Part shown: one piece after another, positions 27,023 to 37,308 of the stretch
Layout: each line of letters opens with the position of its first letter
How positions within the stretch are numbered: the stretch's first letter is position 1
DNA from: Gammaproteobacteria bacterium
GTDB taxonomy: Bacteria; Pseudomonadota; Gammaproteobacteria; Poriferisulfidales; GCA-002705445
Direction: 5' to 3'
Length of the DNA stretch: 64,000 bases
Assembly: GCA_018675635.1 (NCBI GenBank)
Contig: JABGXU010000007.1
Location: 129,366 to 193,365 of the forward strand
Notes under the pieces: model-generated
What the model was told of the DNA's origin: nothing
The model's input: the letters and a program-made list of their open reading frames with translations, nothing else
Database searches by the model: none
Made by a program: the position numbers and the translations under genes

Positions 27023-29149
27023 TTAACCCGGGAATTTTTTGTTTATTGTGATGCCAAAAAAGACATTTTGCTTTGGTGCCGGTTCAAAATATCGATTTCC
27101 GTAAGCATTAATTCTTATATTGCTATTATATTTTTCATTAAAGATATTGTTAACGCCAAGATAAAACCCAATATCCAAATCATTGCGAATGAAATTTTTT
27201 CCTAAACGAAGATTTGAAACTGTATACGAATTCACTTTGTTTTGATTACCATTATCAGCATAAAATTCGTCTGTAAACGTTGTGTCTAAGTTAGCGTATG
27301 ATCCAGAGTCATTAGACCAGGACAAGTTAAAATTGAGTAGATTTTTTGGTATTCCAGGTATACGTTTTCCATCATATATTACATCACTAGTATCTTTGAA
27401 ATGATTAAACTTAAAATCTGAGTAGGTATAGGTTGTCGAAAATTCAAACTGGTCATAGAATCGTCTAATATTTGTAAGTTCTAAGCCATACCGATCAGAT
27501 GAGCCTGCGTTTGTATAAAAAGTTCGACCAGGTTGTTCTGAGTCCTCAAAAGGTGTCAGCTCATCCTCAACATTAATTTTAAAGATGGACGCTTCGAAAC
27601 TGTATTTATTACTAAGTGTCTTAACCCCTATTTCGTAGTTAGTTGATTTTTGTGGTTTAACAGCTTGATTGAAACCACCTCCGGAAGGATTGGCAAACTC
27701 AGTTGTTGTTGGTGTTTCAAATGCTTTAGATACAGTCGCATAAATATTTGTATTACCACTTGCTTTTAAACTAATAGCAATCATTGGACTGAACTTATTT
27801 AGATTTATTTTGCCTGAATCATCACCATCAGCTAAAAATTTATCTGTTACATCAAATACGACATCATCATGTCGAATACCTAGAGTAATCTCTGTTATAT
27901 CATTTAGTTTAGTTTCATTCTGAAAGTATGTACCTAATGAAGTTATCAATTCATTTTGTTGAAGTGTCTGAGCCCCTTTTATTCCTAATAAATTATTATA
28001 ACGACTTCGATTGTCATCTTGGCGATCATAATCTATCCCTAAAAGAAGTCGATTCTGGTATTTACCAAGATTACCTTCTTCTATATATTTGAGGCCTCCA
28101 CCATAAAAACTACGGTCTAAATTAACGATGCCGCCATTTTGAAATGGTAGCTTATTACTGAAGTCTCGATCGGTATTATAAGTCCTTACTTCTACATTTC
28201 TACTTTTGTCCAATTGGGTTTTATATACTAACCCGAACCGAGTTTGTTTTACTTTCTCACCTGCTTGATAATTTAAGTTTTGAGTCCGTGCTTGTCTAGG
28301 GTTAGTTGCAACATCTTCTGCTGTAATTCCACCGGGGTCATTTGCTAATGGCTGATCAGTATGATGTACGGTTGAAACAATACTTGATGAGTCTGAGAGG
28401 GAATATTCAAAACGCCCATTGAATTGTTTATTTTCGAATTCACTGTTATCTCTATAACCATCAACTGAAGTATTTGAGATGTTTAGCAAATAGTTTAGAT
28501 TTCCAGTCTCGCCGCCAATTTTAAACTGTTGTTTATTTAAGTTAAAATCACCGTATGTGTTACGAAGTTCAATAAAAGGTAATTCTGGGCCTCGTTCAGT
28601 TTCTATGAGTATGGCTCCACCAGAAGCATTTCCATAAAGTGAAGATGAAGGCCCGCGAATCACATTGATTTTATAAATCGAACCAATATCAACTCCATCA
28701 ATAGATCCTTGGCCATCAGGTAGAGTTTCAGGTATGCCATCAACTATAATCTTGATACCACGAATACCAAAACTGGAGCGTGCTCCAAAACCTCGAATAG
28801 ACACTCGAAGATCTTGCGCATAATTATACCTGTTAAGAAAGAAAGCACCTGGTACCTGACTCATAGATTCATCTAACCCAAGTTGTTCTGTTCCGAGCTG
28901 GATTTTTTCCTGCCCAATATGACTAACTGAAGCAGGTATATCTATAATATTTTTTTCTACTCGGGTAGCATTAACCTTCGTAGGGTTTATTAATATTACC
29001 AACGGATCTGCAGGAGATGATTGAACAACAAAACAAAAAGCAATAGCTGTGACCCACTGAATTTTTATATTTAATATTCGTGAAATAATTGAATTTATCT
29101 TAATTAAGAATGATTCTATTTTTAAAATTTTATTTTTCTGTTTTGTCAC
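27023..29149 (-). CDS. TonB-dependent outer-membrane receptor
   Basis: 708 aa. Plug-domain region (IIDIPASVSHIGQEKIQ...) then a long beta-barrel with alternating-hydrophobic C-terminal strands. The extreme C-terminus (..KKFPG) is slightly atypical. Confidence 0.75.
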   Translation of the reverse strand: MTKQKNKILKIESFLIKINSIISRILNIKIQWVTAIAFCFVVQSSPADPLVILINPTKVNATRVEKNIIDIPASVSHIGQEKIQLGTEQLGLDESMSQVPGAFFLNRYNYAQDLRVSIRGFGARSSFGIRGIKIIVDGIPETLPDGQGSIDGVDIGSIYKINVIRGPSSSLYGNASGGAILIETERGPELPFIELRNTYGDFNLNKQQFKIGGETGNLNYLLNISNTSVDGYRDNSEFENKQFNGRFEYSLSDSSSIVSTVHHTDQPLANDPGGITAEDVATNPRQARTQNLNYQAGEKVKQTRFGLVYKTQLDKSRNVEVRTYNTDRDFSNKLPFQNGGIVNLDRSFYGGGLKYIEEGNLGKYQNRLLLGIDYDRQDDNRSRYNNLLGIKGAQTLQQNELITSLGTYFQNETKLNDITEITLGIRHDDVVFDVTDKFLADGDDSGKINLNKFSPMIAISLKASGNTNIYATVSKAFETPTTTEFANPSGGGFNQAVKPQKSTNYEIGVKTLSNKYSFEASIFKINVEDELTPFEDSEQPGRTFYTNAGSSDRYGLELTNIRRFYDQFEFSTTYTYSDFKFNHFKDTSDVIYDGKRIPGIPKNLLNFNLSWSNDSGSYANLDTTFTDEFYADNGNQNKVNSYTVSNLRLGKNFIRNDLDIGFYLGVNNIFNEKYNSNIRINAYGNRYFEPAPKQNVFFGITINKKFPG

Positions 29150-29225
29150 TTAATTCATCAATTTTTTTAAGGCCGCATTTAATTCTTTTATGATATTGCC
29201 TCAAATATAATTTCAGTACAACAAT

Positions 29226-29301
29226 ATGGTGCCCTGAGCAGGGGTCGAACCTGCAACCTTCCCCTTAGGAGGGGGACGCGCTATCCAGTTGTGCCATCAG
29301 G
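29226..29301 (-). tRNA. tRNA-Arg (anticodon CCT)
   Basis: Minus-strand read: gccctga acceptor, anticodon arm tcccc-ctcctaa-gggga (like E. coli argW), T arm gcagg-ttcgacc-cctgc, acceptor tcagggc-a-CCA. The D stem has one mismatch. Confidence 0.7.
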
Positions 29302-29318
29302 GCGACACAAATATATTC

Positions 29319-29403
29319 AATGGTACCTCTAAGTACTTAAAACGTTACCCCTTGCGAGAATTAGATTTTGAGTTCTCTTAGTGAGTTTAAAACCCTTGAT
29401 GCC
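29319..29403 (-). pseudogene. degenerate tRNA-Leu-like relic (about 60-65% identical by eye to the tRNA-Leu(CAA) gene at 31598-31684, same orientation); does not fold into a cloverleaf
   Basis: Shared blocks tggtacc, acttaaaac/acttgaacc, gttac, cccttgcgagaa/cccttacgggaa, tagattttga/gagattttga. Compared by eye. The acceptor stem cannot pair. Confidence 0.4.
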
Positions 29404-29450
29404 ACTAATTTTTAGAATATCAAATATTGGCTTTTGTGTCTTGTCTGTAG

Positions 29451-31586
29451 ATGTTTAGTATAAATTCAACTAATATCTTTATTATGAAAGTCAAAATTCT
29501 CATAATCTGTTTACTCCCATTTTCTTCGCAAGTATTTGCTGTAGTGGAAAACCTAAATTCTGCATTAGAATTATTACCAATTTATTTAGGAATTATCGGC
29601 TTGGTAACTGCATTTTTTATATATAGATTTATACTTAGTTTTTCTGCTGGTGAAGGCAAAATTGTAGAAATTGCAGACGAAATACATCTTGGCGCTATGG
29701 CGTTTATTAAAAAAGAATACTCAATATTATTTATTTTTTTGTTAATATTAGCAGCTGGTGTATATATAGGCTTAGGCCCACAAAGTACACTAGCATTTAC
29801 TATTGGCGCATTATGTTCTTCTGCCGCAGGTTTTATAGGTATGTACACTTCTACGAAAGCTAATGTTAGGACAACTAACTCAGCTAATAAATTTGGAATA
29901 TCTGAGAGTTTAACTATTGCTTTCTTTGGTGGTTCAATTATGGGTTTAACAGTTGCGGCAATGGGGTTATTAGGTCTTGGTTTTTTATATTATTTATTTG
30001 GTGGCGATCCTAAGACTGCTTCAGTAATACATGGATTTGGTATGGGAGCTTCTGTTGTAGCTTTATTCTCGAGAGTAGGTGGTGGCATCTTTACAAAGTG
30101 TGCAGACGTAGGTGCAGATTTAGTTGGTAAAGTTGAAGCTGGTATTCCGGAAGATGATCCAAGAAATCCAGGAGTTATAGCTGATAATGTTGGAGACAAT
30201 GTAGGTGATGTTGCAGGAATGGGTTCAGATATTTTTGAATCATATTGCGGATCAATTATAGCCTCTATAGCAATTGCATCAACTCTAAGTATGACTTTGA
30301 TAAATGAAATGGGGCCAAGAGAATCTTTAATGTTTTTGCCATTAGCTTTAGCATCTGTAGGACTATTGTGTTCTATAACAGGTATATTTATTGTTAAAAT
30401 TCTTGCTAAAACAACATCAACAGATAAAATTAGTGGGGCTCTTAGAGGTGGAACTTTTTCTTCTGCTGTTATATTTGTTATTTTCTCTTATTTTACAATA
30501 GAATTATTAGGCCTAAACACAAACATTTGGTTTGCTGTATTAGCTGGAACTGTAGGTGGCGTGATTATAGGTTTAATAACTGAATATTATACTGGCGGCT
30601 CTCCTGTTAGAAAGATTGCTGGACAAGGTGAAACAGGGCCAGCGACAGTTATAACTACTGGCTTGGCTATTGGCTTAGAATCTGTAGTAATTCCTATACT
30701 ATCAATTGTTGTAATTATCTTTATTGCAAATGCATATGCAGATCTATATGGCGTAGGTATAGCTGCTGTTGGAATGTTAGCAACAGTTGGTATAACAATG
30801 GCTATAGATGCTTATGGACCTATTGCTGATAATGCTGGGGGTATAGCGGAAATGGCTGGCCTAGGTGAAGATACAAGAAAAATAACTGATAGTCTTGATG
30901 AGGTTGGCAATACAACTGCAGCAATTGGCAAAGGGTTTGCAATTGGAGCAGCAGCACTAGCTGCCCTGGCTATTATTACCGCATTTGTTCAAGAAGTTAA
31001 TCATAGTCATATTGAGCAAGGTAGACCAGAAATACAATTACTGTTAACAGATACTAAAGTGTTAATAGGTTTGTTTATAGGTGGCATGATTCCATTCTTA
31101 GTTGCTTCACTAACTATAACTGCAGTAGGTGATGCTGCTTTTGAAATGATAAATGAGATAAGAAGACAGTTTCGTGAAATCCCTGGATTACTTGAAGGCA
31201 CAGGAAAGCCAGATAATAGCAGATGCATAGAAATTGCCACTACTGCTGCTTTAAAAAAAATGGTTCTCCCAGGAGCAATTGCAGTATTCGCACCTGTAAT
31301 TATTGGATTAAGTTTTGGACCAGAAATGCTTGGTGGCCTTCTTGGTGGCGGCCTATTAAGTTGTGTATTATTAGCGCTAACTATGTCTAATGCAGGTGGG
31401 GCTTGGGATAATGCTAAAAAATATGTAGAACAAGGTAATCTCGGTGGTAAAGGCTCAGACACTCATAAAGCTACAGTAGTTGGTGATACAGTTGGCGATC
31501 CACTTAAAGATACCTCAGGGCCATCAATGAATATTTTAATTAATGTTATGGCTATTGTTAGTTTCGTTATCGCACCACTATTGTAG
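29451..31586 (+). CDS. hppA: membrane-integral proton/sodium-translocating pyrophosphatase (K+-dependent type)
   Basis: 711 aa, about 16 TM segments. Signature [27 protein letters not shown] (Ala, not Lys) indicates the K+-dependent subclass. H+ versus Na+ specificity is not resolvable by eye. Confidence 0.9.
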   Translation: MFSINSTNIFIMKVKILIICLLPFSSQVFAVVENLNSALELLPIYLGIIGLVTAFFIYRFILSFSAGEGKIVEIADEIHLGAMAFIKKEYSILFIFLLILAAGVYIGLGPQSTLAFTIGALCSSAAGFIGMYTSTKANVRTTNSANKFGISESLTIAFFGGSIMGLTVAAMGLLGLGFLYYLFGGDPKTASVIHGFGMGASVVALFSRVGGGIFTKCADVGADLVGKVEAGIPEDDPRNPGVIADNVGDNVGDVAGMGSDIFESYCGSIIASIAIASTLSMTLINEMGPRESLMFLPLALASVGLLCSITGIFIVKILAKTTSTDKISGALRGGTFSSAVIFVIFSYFTIELLGLNTNIWFAVLAGTVGGVIIGLITEYYTGGSPVRKIAGQGETGPATVITTGLAIGLESVVIPILSIVVIIFIANAYADLYGVGIAAVGMLATVGITMAIDAYGPIADNAGGIAEMAGLGEDTRKITDSLDEVGNTTAAIGKGFAIGAAALAALAIITAFVQEVNHSHIEQGRPEIQLLLTDTKVLIGLFIGGMIPFLVASLTITAVGDAAFEMINEIRRQFREIPGLLEGTGKPDNSRCIEIATTAALKKMVLPGAIAVFAPVIIGLSFGPEMLGGLLGGGLLSCVLLALTMSNAGGAWDNAKKYVEQGNLGGKGSDTHKATVVGDTVGDPLKDTSGPSMNILINVMAIVSFVIAPLL

Positions 31587-31597
31587 TTATTTGTTTA

Positions 31598-31684
31598 TGG
31601 TACCGCTGAACGGACTTGAACCGTTACTCCCTTACGGGAACGAGATTTTGAATCTCGCGTGTCTACCAATTCCACCACAGCGGC
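31598..31684 (-). tRNA. tRNA-Leu (anticodon CAA), class II with long variable arm
   Basis: Acceptor gccgctg pairs with cagcggt; D arm gtg...cac; anticodon arm cgaga-ttcaaaa-tctcg; variable arm tccc-gtaa-ggga; T arm aacgg-ttcaagt-ccgtt; discriminator a plus CCA. Confidence 0.8.
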
Positions 31685-31707
31685 ACATAAAAATTATTAT
31701 TATTATT

Positions 31708-32031
31708 TTAGATGGGTATGAAAGTTCCAAAAATGCCTAACATTCTAATATCTTTTGTTTCTGCACCAAAATCTCTAAATATTGACATATCAAGAAAATA
31801 AGTGGAAACAAAAATAAAGTTTGTTCTATCTACTGATTTTCCAATTTCAATAGCTATACTTTTGGCGAACAAGCTTGCAATACCAGTAGATAAATTACTT
31901 GTTTCCTTTGTTTCACTATCCTTTAACATTTCATTTTTGATATGAGATGATATAAAGGAACTAAATTCTGATGTGTTAGGGTTTGAAAAACCCATTATAA
32001 TTAGGACTATTGTTATAATTAAATATCGCAT
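31708..32031 (-). CDS. hypothetical small secreted/membrane protein (107 aa)
   Basis: N-terminal hydrophobic signal-like segment. No recognised motif. Confidence 0.35.
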   Translation of the reverse strand: MRYLIITIVLIIMGFSNPNTSEFSSFISSHIKNEMLKDSETKETSNLSTGIASLFAKSIAIEIGKSVDRTNFIFVSTYFLDMSIFRDFGAETKDIRMLGIFGTFIPI

Positions 32032-32098
32032 AAGCTATACATATCAATACTTTTGAAGTAGAATAACGTTTTTTTAACAGCAAGTAAAAATATAAATT

Positions 32099-32335
32099 AT
32101 GGTAAAAATAAGACTATCAAGAGGAGGGGCAAAGAAGAAGCCTTTCTATCACGTCGTAGTAACTGACTCCAGAAAACGAATAGGCAGCGGATATATTGAA
32201 AGACTAGGCTTTTTTAATCCAATGGCTGTTGGCCAAGAAATTAAATTACGTTTAAATGATGAAAGGATTGATTATTGGTTATCTGTGGGCGCACAGACTT
32301 CAGATAGGGTTTCAAAACTTCTCAAACAAACTTAG
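32099..32335 (+). CDS. rpsP: 30S ribosomal protein S16
   Basis: [25 protein letters not shown]. Heads the rpsP-rimM-trmD-rplS operon. Confidence 0.95.
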   Translation: MVKIRLSRGGAKKKPFYHVVVTDSRKRIGSGYIERLGFFNPMAVGQEIKLRLNDERIDYWLSVGAQTSDRVSKLLKQT

Positions 32336-32341
32336 TAAAAA

Positions 32342-32836
32342 TTGGAAAAAATTCTTATTGCAAAGATTCAAGCTAACCAAGGATTAAATGGTTGGCTTAA
32401 AATATATTCATATTCCGAAAATAAAGAAAAATTTTCATCCTATACACATTTTTTTGTTCTCCATAATAAAAATTATGATCAATTAGATATAGAAAATATC
32501 ATAATCGATAAGTCCATAAAGATTAAATTTCATTCAATTAATTCAAGAGAAGAAGCCGAGAGATTTATTGGTAAGAATTTGTATGTAGAAAATGATCAAT
32601 TAGAAAAATTAAATGATAATGAATATTACTGGAAGGATTTAATTGGTTTAGATGTATATTTAGAGGAAGGTAAAAAAATAGGAGTAATAAGTGATATAAT
32701 TGAAACTGGCTCAAATGATGTTTTGGTTATTCAAGGGGAGAAAGAATTATTGATTCCCTATATTTATGGAGAATCAATTAAAAATATTTTTTTAAATGAT
32801 AATAGAGTTGTAATAGATAAAATATATTATGAGTAA
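32342..32836 (+). CDS. rimM: 16S rRNA processing protein RimM
   Basis: Size and position in the conserved operon. PRC-barrel-like C-terminus. Confidence 0.8.
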   Translation: MEKILIAKIQANQGLNGWLKIYSYSENKEKFSSYTHFFVLHNKNYDQLDIENIIIDKSIKIKFHSINSREEAERFIGKNLYVENDQLEKLNDNEYYWKDLIGLDVYLEEGKKIGVISDIIETGSNDVLVIQGEKELLIPYIYGESIKNIFLNDNRVVIDKIYYE

Positions 32837-33527
32837 TAATGTTAGAAATATTTATGTAATAACTATATTTCCTGAATTAATTAATAATTTCACTAGCTTT
32901 GGCATTGTTCAAAAAGGCCAAGATAAATCTTTGATTAAAATTAAGACAATTAATTTAAGGGATTATTCTGATAATAATGGATATGTTGATGATAAGCCGT
33001 ACGGTGGTGGCCCTGGAATGGTATTTCAAGCGCAACCATTAATTAATGCAACTAGATATGTAAAATCAAAATTAGAAAAATGTAAATGCATTTACTTGTC
33101 ACCTCAAGGACAGAAAATCAATCAAGAAATTATAAAACAAACTGCTGAAAATGATGATTTAATTATTATTGCTGGTCGTTATGAAGGAGTAGATCAAAGA
33201 TTTATAGATTTAGAAGTTGATGAGGAATGGTCAGTAGGAGATTATGTTTTAAGTGGCGGTGAAATAGCTGCTTGTGTAATAATTGATGCAGTTGCAAGAA
33301 TGGTCCCAGGCGTTTTAGGTCATTCTGATTCTAATAAAGAAGAATCATTTGAGAATGGTTTTTTAGAATATCCGCATTATACGAGACCAGAAATTGTTGA
33401 AAATTTAAGTGTGCCAAAAGTTCTTTTAAGTGGTGATCACCAAAAAATTAAAGAATGGCGTATGAAGCAAGCTATATTGGTAACAAGTAATAAAAGGAGT
33501 GATTTAATTAAAAAAAAGCTTTCATAA
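32829..33527 (+). CDS. trmD: tRNA (guanine37-N1)-methyltransferase
   Basis: SPOUT knot motifs (YGGGPGMV, IAGRYEGVDQR, VLSGGE). Synteny. Confidence 0.95.
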   Translation: MSNNVRNIYVITIFPELINNFTSFGIVQKGQDKSLIKIKTINLRDYSDNNGYVDDKPYGGGPGMVFQAQPLINATRYVKSKLEKCKCIYLSPQGQKINQEIIKQTAENDDLIIIAGRYEGVDQRFIDLEVDEEWSVGDYVLSGGEIAACVIIDAVARMVPGVLGHSDSNKEESFENGFLEYPHYTRPEIVENLSVPKVLLSGDHQKIKEWRMKQAILVTSNKRSDLIKKKLS

Positions 33528-33566
33528 AAGCCCAACAGAAGATATCATCTGTTTTCTAAATAGAGA

Positions 33567-33923
33567 ATGACTATGAATATAATTGATGAGATAAATAAAG
33601 AGTATTTGAAAGATATTCCTGAGTTTTCGCCAGGTGATGATATTATCGTTCAGGTAAGAGTTAAAGAAGGGGAAAGAGAAAGATTACAGGCTTTTGAAGG
33701 AGTTGTAATTGCAGTTAAAAACCGTGGAATAAATTCAGCGTTCACAGTTAGAAAAATATCTCATGGCGAAGGCGTCGAAAGAGTATTTCAAACTCATAGC
33801 CCACTAATTGCAAGTATAGAATTAAAAAGAAGAGGTAAAGTTAGACGATCAAAACTATATTATTTGAGAGAACTTTCAGGAAAAGCAGCTAGAATCAAAG
33901 AAAAGCTTGCGTCAAAAAAATAA
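33567..33923 (+). CDS. rplS: 50S ribosomal protein L19
   Basis: Typical L19 sequence (FSPGD...V.V.V.EG.RER.Q.FEGVVIA). Synteny. Confidence 0.95.
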   Translation: MTMNIIDEINKEYLKDIPEFSPGDDIIVQVRVKEGERERLQAFEGVVIAVKNRGINSAFTVRKISHGEGVERVFQTHSPLIASIELKRRGKVRRSKLYYLRELSGKAARIKEKLASKK

Positions 33924-33929
33924 TTTCTA

Positions 33930-34403
33930 ATGTTACAAAATTATGAAGCAGTGTTTATTAGCTCTATTGGGGCAATAGGCATCAATACTCATGAAGAAAA
34001 AGTTAAAGAGTTAAGATTTGATATAAGTTCACAAAAAATAAAGCCAAGTAATTATTTTTTAAAAGAAGTTTATCAGCAATTAGATTTTTATTTTAAAAAA
34101 AAACTAAAAAAATTCGATTTACCATTTATTTTATCTGGAACAGAATACCAAAAAAAAGTTTTAAAAAAAGTTTGTTCTATTGATTATGGAAAAACAGCTA
34201 CGTATTCTGATATTGCCGAAAAACTAAAAACTCACCCAAGACCAGTCGGCAATGTATGTAGGAAAAATTCAATACAATTACTGATTCCGTGTCATAGAAT
34301 TATTGGAAAAAATAATATTGGTGGATTTTCAGGAGAAGATATAGCAACAAATGGTGATATGATTTTTATTAAAAAAAGTCTTTTATCTTTTGAAAAAATA
34401 TAA
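33930..34403 (+). CDS. ogt: methylated-DNA--protein-cysteine methyltransferase (Ogt/MGMT family)
   Basis: Active-site PCHRII motif (LIPCHRIIGKNNIGGFSG) and helix-turn-wing region (TATYSDIAEKL). Confidence 0.75.
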   Translation: MLQNYEAVFISSIGAIGINTHEEKVKELRFDISSQKIKPSNYFLKEVYQQLDFYFKKKLKKFDLPFILSGTEYQKKVLKKVCSIDYGKTATYSDIAEKLKTHPRPVGNVCRKNSIQLLIPCHRIIGKNNIGGFSGEDIATNGDMIFIKKSLLSFEKI

Positions 34404-34406
34404 TTT

Positions 34407-35321
34407 CTATATTTTTTTCACTGTGTTTGGTAAAAATTGTGAAATAGTTTCTGATAATTCTAGAAGTAAATTTTTTTTGTAATAGTTTTTTCTATATACT
34501 AATCTTATTCTTCTGTACGCTTTTTTATGATTTAGTTTTCTTACTTGTATGCCTTTGTCAGTTGTCCACGCTGATTGTAATGCTAATGCTGGAACAAAAG
34601 TGAATCCTTCTCCTACTGAAACTAAATTAACAAGAGTTTCTAAACTAGATGCTTTTGTATCATATTCATAAAAGACATTGTTTTTATCATACGCTTCCCA
34701 TATTTCCATTATTTGGTCTCTTAAACAATGACCATCTGAAAGCAATAACATCTCAGATAGGTTTAAATCTCCTGTCTTAATTTCATCAAGCTTATCAAGT
34801 TCATTATTCTTTGTGTATGCAACCCAGAAGGGTTCATCAAACAATTTAATTTCTTCAAATTTATTTTTATCAATATCTGTTGCTAGCAGAACAGCGTCAA
34901 GCTCTCTACTTTCTAGTTTGTTTGTTATATTTTCGGTAATGTCTTCATCTATATATATTTTGCAATTATTATTATTTTTTCTAAGATTTAGTAAAAAATT
35001 TGGAATTAAATAAGGGCCTAAAGATGGGATAACTCCAATTTTAATAGGTTGATGCCATGGATTTTTATAATCAGATGATAAGTTTTTTATTTCATCTGCT
35101 TTATTTATTATTATTTTTGCTTTGTCTATAATTTCTTTTCCAAAAGTTGTTACAGTTATTTTTTTTGTAGTTCTCTCAAAAATCTGTGCGCCAAGATATC
35201 CTTCAAGTTTTTTAATTTGTCCGCTTAAGGTTGGTTGTGACACATGACATTCAATAGATGCTTTACTAAAGCTTTTATTTTTCCCAACTGCTATCAAATA
35301 CTCCAAATCTCGTATATTCAT
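34407..35321 (-). CDS. oxyR: LysR-family redox regulator OxyR (single-cysteine variant: C199 equivalent present, C208 equivalent absent)
   Basis: N-terminus MNIRDLEYLIAVGKNKSFSKASIECHVSQPTLSGQIKKLEGYLG closely matches E. coli OxyR. GHCLRDQ retains the C199 equivalent, but the following segment IMEIWEAYD has no second Cys. Divergent from rubrerythrin. Confidence 0.8.
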   Translation of the reverse strand: MNIRDLEYLIAVGKNKSFSKASIECHVSQPTLSGQIKKLEGYLGAQIFERTTKKITVTTFGKEIIDKAKIIINKADEIKNLSSDYKNPWHQPIKIGVIPSLGPYLIPNFLLNLRKNNNNCKIYIDEDITENITNKLESRELDAVLLATDIDKNKFEEIKLFDEPFWVAYTKNNELDKLDEIKTGDLNLSEMLLLSDGHCLRDQIMEIWEAYDKNNVFYEYDTKASSLETLVNLVSVGEGFTFVPALALQSAWTTDKGIQVRKLNHKKAYRRIRLVYRKNYYKKNLLLELSETISQFLPNTVKKI

Positions 35322-35354
35322 ATATTTGTATAACAGTTTATATTATTTATATTA

Positions 35355-35391
35355 ATAGGTTTCATCTATATATAATATAGTTTATAACACA
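35355..35391. promoter_or_regulatory. candidate OxyR operator: ATAG-N7-CTAT-N7-ATAG-N7-(caca) in the oxyR/rubrerythrin divergent spacer
   Basis: Three of the four tetranucleotide elements are present at the canonical 7-nt spacing (ATAGgtttcatCTATatataatATAGtttataacaca). AT-rich background raises the chance-match risk. Confidence 0.3.
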
Positions 35392-35452
35392 TTGAATCAA
35401 CAATATTAAAGCGGATAATAATATTGTAGTTTAAAAAATTAGGAGAGATATT

Positions 35453-35869
35453 ATGGATTTAAAAGGTTCAAAAACTGAAAAAAACTTACAAGACGCTTTT
35501 GCTGGAGAATCTCAGGCAAATAGAAGGTATTTGTATTTTGCACAAAAGGCTGACGTAGAAGGTTTTAATGATGTTGCTGCAGTCTTTAGATCTACAGCTG
35601 AAGGAGAAACAGGTCATGCTCATGGGCACTTAGAGTATTTAGAGGATTGTGGAGATCCCGCAACTGGCCAACCATTTGGTGATACAGTCGCTAATTTAAA
35701 AACAGCTATAGCTGGAGAAACTCACGAATATACAGATATGTATCCAGGAATGGCAAAATTAGCTAGAGACGAAGGCTTTGATGAAATTGCTGATTGGTTT
35801 GAGACATTAGCAAAAGCTGAAAGATCACATGCGAATCGTTTTCAAAAAGCGTTAGATGAAGTAGCTTAA
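35453..35869 (+). CDS. rubrerythrin-family diiron protein lacking the rubredoxin domain (erythrin-type)
   Basis: Four E-x-x-H diiron ligand motifs (AGESQAN, EGETGHAHGH, AGETHEY, KAERSHANRF). 138 aa, no C-terminal CxxC pairs. Confidence 0.85.
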   Translation: MDLKGSKTEKNLQDAFAGESQANRRYLYFAQKADVEGFNDVAAVFRSTAEGETGHAHGHLEYLEDCGDPATGQPFGDTVANLKTAIAGETHEYTDMYPGMAKLARDEGFDEIADWFETLAKAERSHANRFQKALDEVA

Positions 35870-35935
35870 ACAATAATTTTTTGAGGAAGCATGGAAGCTT
35901 CTCCAAAATTTTTGCATCATACCGGAGTAAAGTAA

Positions 35936-37291
35936 ATGTCTGTGAAGATTACAGAAGGTGGTTTGTCGGCCCCAACAAGGCATAAAATTGCCTGGAAAGA
36001 AAAAACATTTTTAGATAAGAAGTTAGTAGATAATGAACTTAGTCGTGTTTTTGAAGTTTGTCATGGATGTAGAAGATGCGTAGGTTTATGCGAAGCATTT
36101 CCAACACTATTTAACTTAATAGATAAATCAGAGAATTTTGACTTAGAATCAGTAGACAAAAAAGATTACTCGAAAGTTGTAGACGAGTGTTATTTATGTG
36201 ATCTTTGTTACCAAACTAAATGTCCATATGTTCCTCCACATGAATGGGCGATAGATTTTCCACATTTAATGCTAAGAGCAAAAGCAGAAAAATTTGAAAA
36301 GCAAAGAATAAAAAAGACAATTAGATTTAGAAATTATATTTTAAGTTCAACAGATATAATATTTAAAAGTTGTTCAAAGCCAATAATAGCAAATACAATA
36401 AACTTTGTATTAAAGCTTAATTTGATAAGAATAATCTTAGAAAAATTTATTAGAATTCATAGAAATGCAGACTTACCCAAAATGAATCCAATTAATTTGA
36501 AAAAAAGATTTAAAAATTTAACAAATAAAACAAAAAGCATTACCAAAACTTCTAAGACTAAAGGAAAAGTTAAGCTTTTTGCTTCATGTTATTGTTCAAA
36601 TAGCGAACCAGGTTTAGCAGAGGATCTAATAAAAGTTTTTATGCATAACAATATACAAATGGAAATTTTTGAACAAGAGAATTGCTGCGGAATGCCAAAG
36701 CTTGAGTTAGGTGATTTAAAATCAGTTGAAAAACTTAAAGAAAAAAATATACCTATGATGGTTAAGGCCGTAAAAAATGGTTATGATTTAGTATCACCAG
36801 TTCCATCATGTGTTTTAATGTTTAAACAGGAATTGCCGCTATTATTTCCATACGATAAGGATGTTATTTTAATCCAAAAAAATATGTTTGATCCTTTTGA
36901 GTATTTAAGTTTACGAGATGAAGAGGGGCTGTTTAATTCAAATTTTAAATATTCTTCTGGAAAGATAGCATATCAAACCGCATGTCATCAAAGAGTACAA
37001 AATTTTGGCCCTAAAACAAAATCAATACTTTCTAAAATACCTAAGTCAGATATCACAATGATAGAAAGGTGTTCTGGCCATGATGGAACATATGCAATAA
37101 AATCTGAATCATTTGAAAAATCTTTAAAAATTAGAAAGCCTGTAGTTACTAAAATTAAAAAAGACGATTATAAAATTTTTACTAGTGATTGTCCTATGGC
37201 AGCAAAACATATTGGTAATGCATTAAATAAAGATAACGTTGAAGTGAAATTGCATCCAATATCCATACTTAAAACTGCTTACGGAATTTAA
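35936..37291 (+). CDS. Fe-S oxidoreductase with two 4Fe-4S ferredoxin motifs and CCG domains (HdrD/GlcF/GlpC-like)
   Basis: CHGCRRCVGLCEAFP and CYLCDLCYQTKCPY cluster motifs, then Cys-rich CCG-type domains (CYCSNS...ENCCGMPK; ACHQR...CSGHDGTY). Confidence 0.75.
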   Translation: MSVKITEGGLSAPTRHKIAWKEKTFLDKKLVDNELSRVFEVCHGCRRCVGLCEAFPTLFNLIDKSENFDLESVDKKDYSKVVDECYLCDLCYQTKCPYVPPHEWAIDFPHLMLRAKAEKFEKQRIKKTIRFRNYILSSTDIIFKSCSKPIIANTINFVLKLNLIRIILEKFIRIHRNADLPKMNPINLKKRFKNLTNKTKSITKTSKTKGKVKLFASCYCSNSEPGLAEDLIKVFMHNNIQMEIFEQENCCGMPKLELGDLKSVEKLKEKNIPMMVKAVKNGYDLVSPVPSCVLMFKQELPLLFPYDKDVILIQKNMFDPFEYLSLRDEEGLFNSNFKYSSGKIAYQTACHQRVQNFGPKTKSILSKIPKSDITMIERCSGHDGTYAIKSESFEKSLKIRKPVVTKIKKDDYKIFTSDCPMAAKHIGNALNKDNVEVKLHPISILKTAYGI

Positions 37292-37308
37292 TTAATAAGA
37301 GGAACATC

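Noticed and set aside
31543-31740. 65-aa plus-strand ORF
   Set aside because: It overlaps the tRNA-Leu(CAA) gene on the opposite strand and the hppA 3' end. No SD. Spurious.
35870-35935. Imperfect hairpin gaggaagc-atggaa-gcttctcc followed by aaaattttt, between the rubrerythrin and CCG-protein genes
   Set aside because: The stem has two mismatches and the U-tract is interrupted. It could be a weak attenuator but evidence is insufficient to call it.
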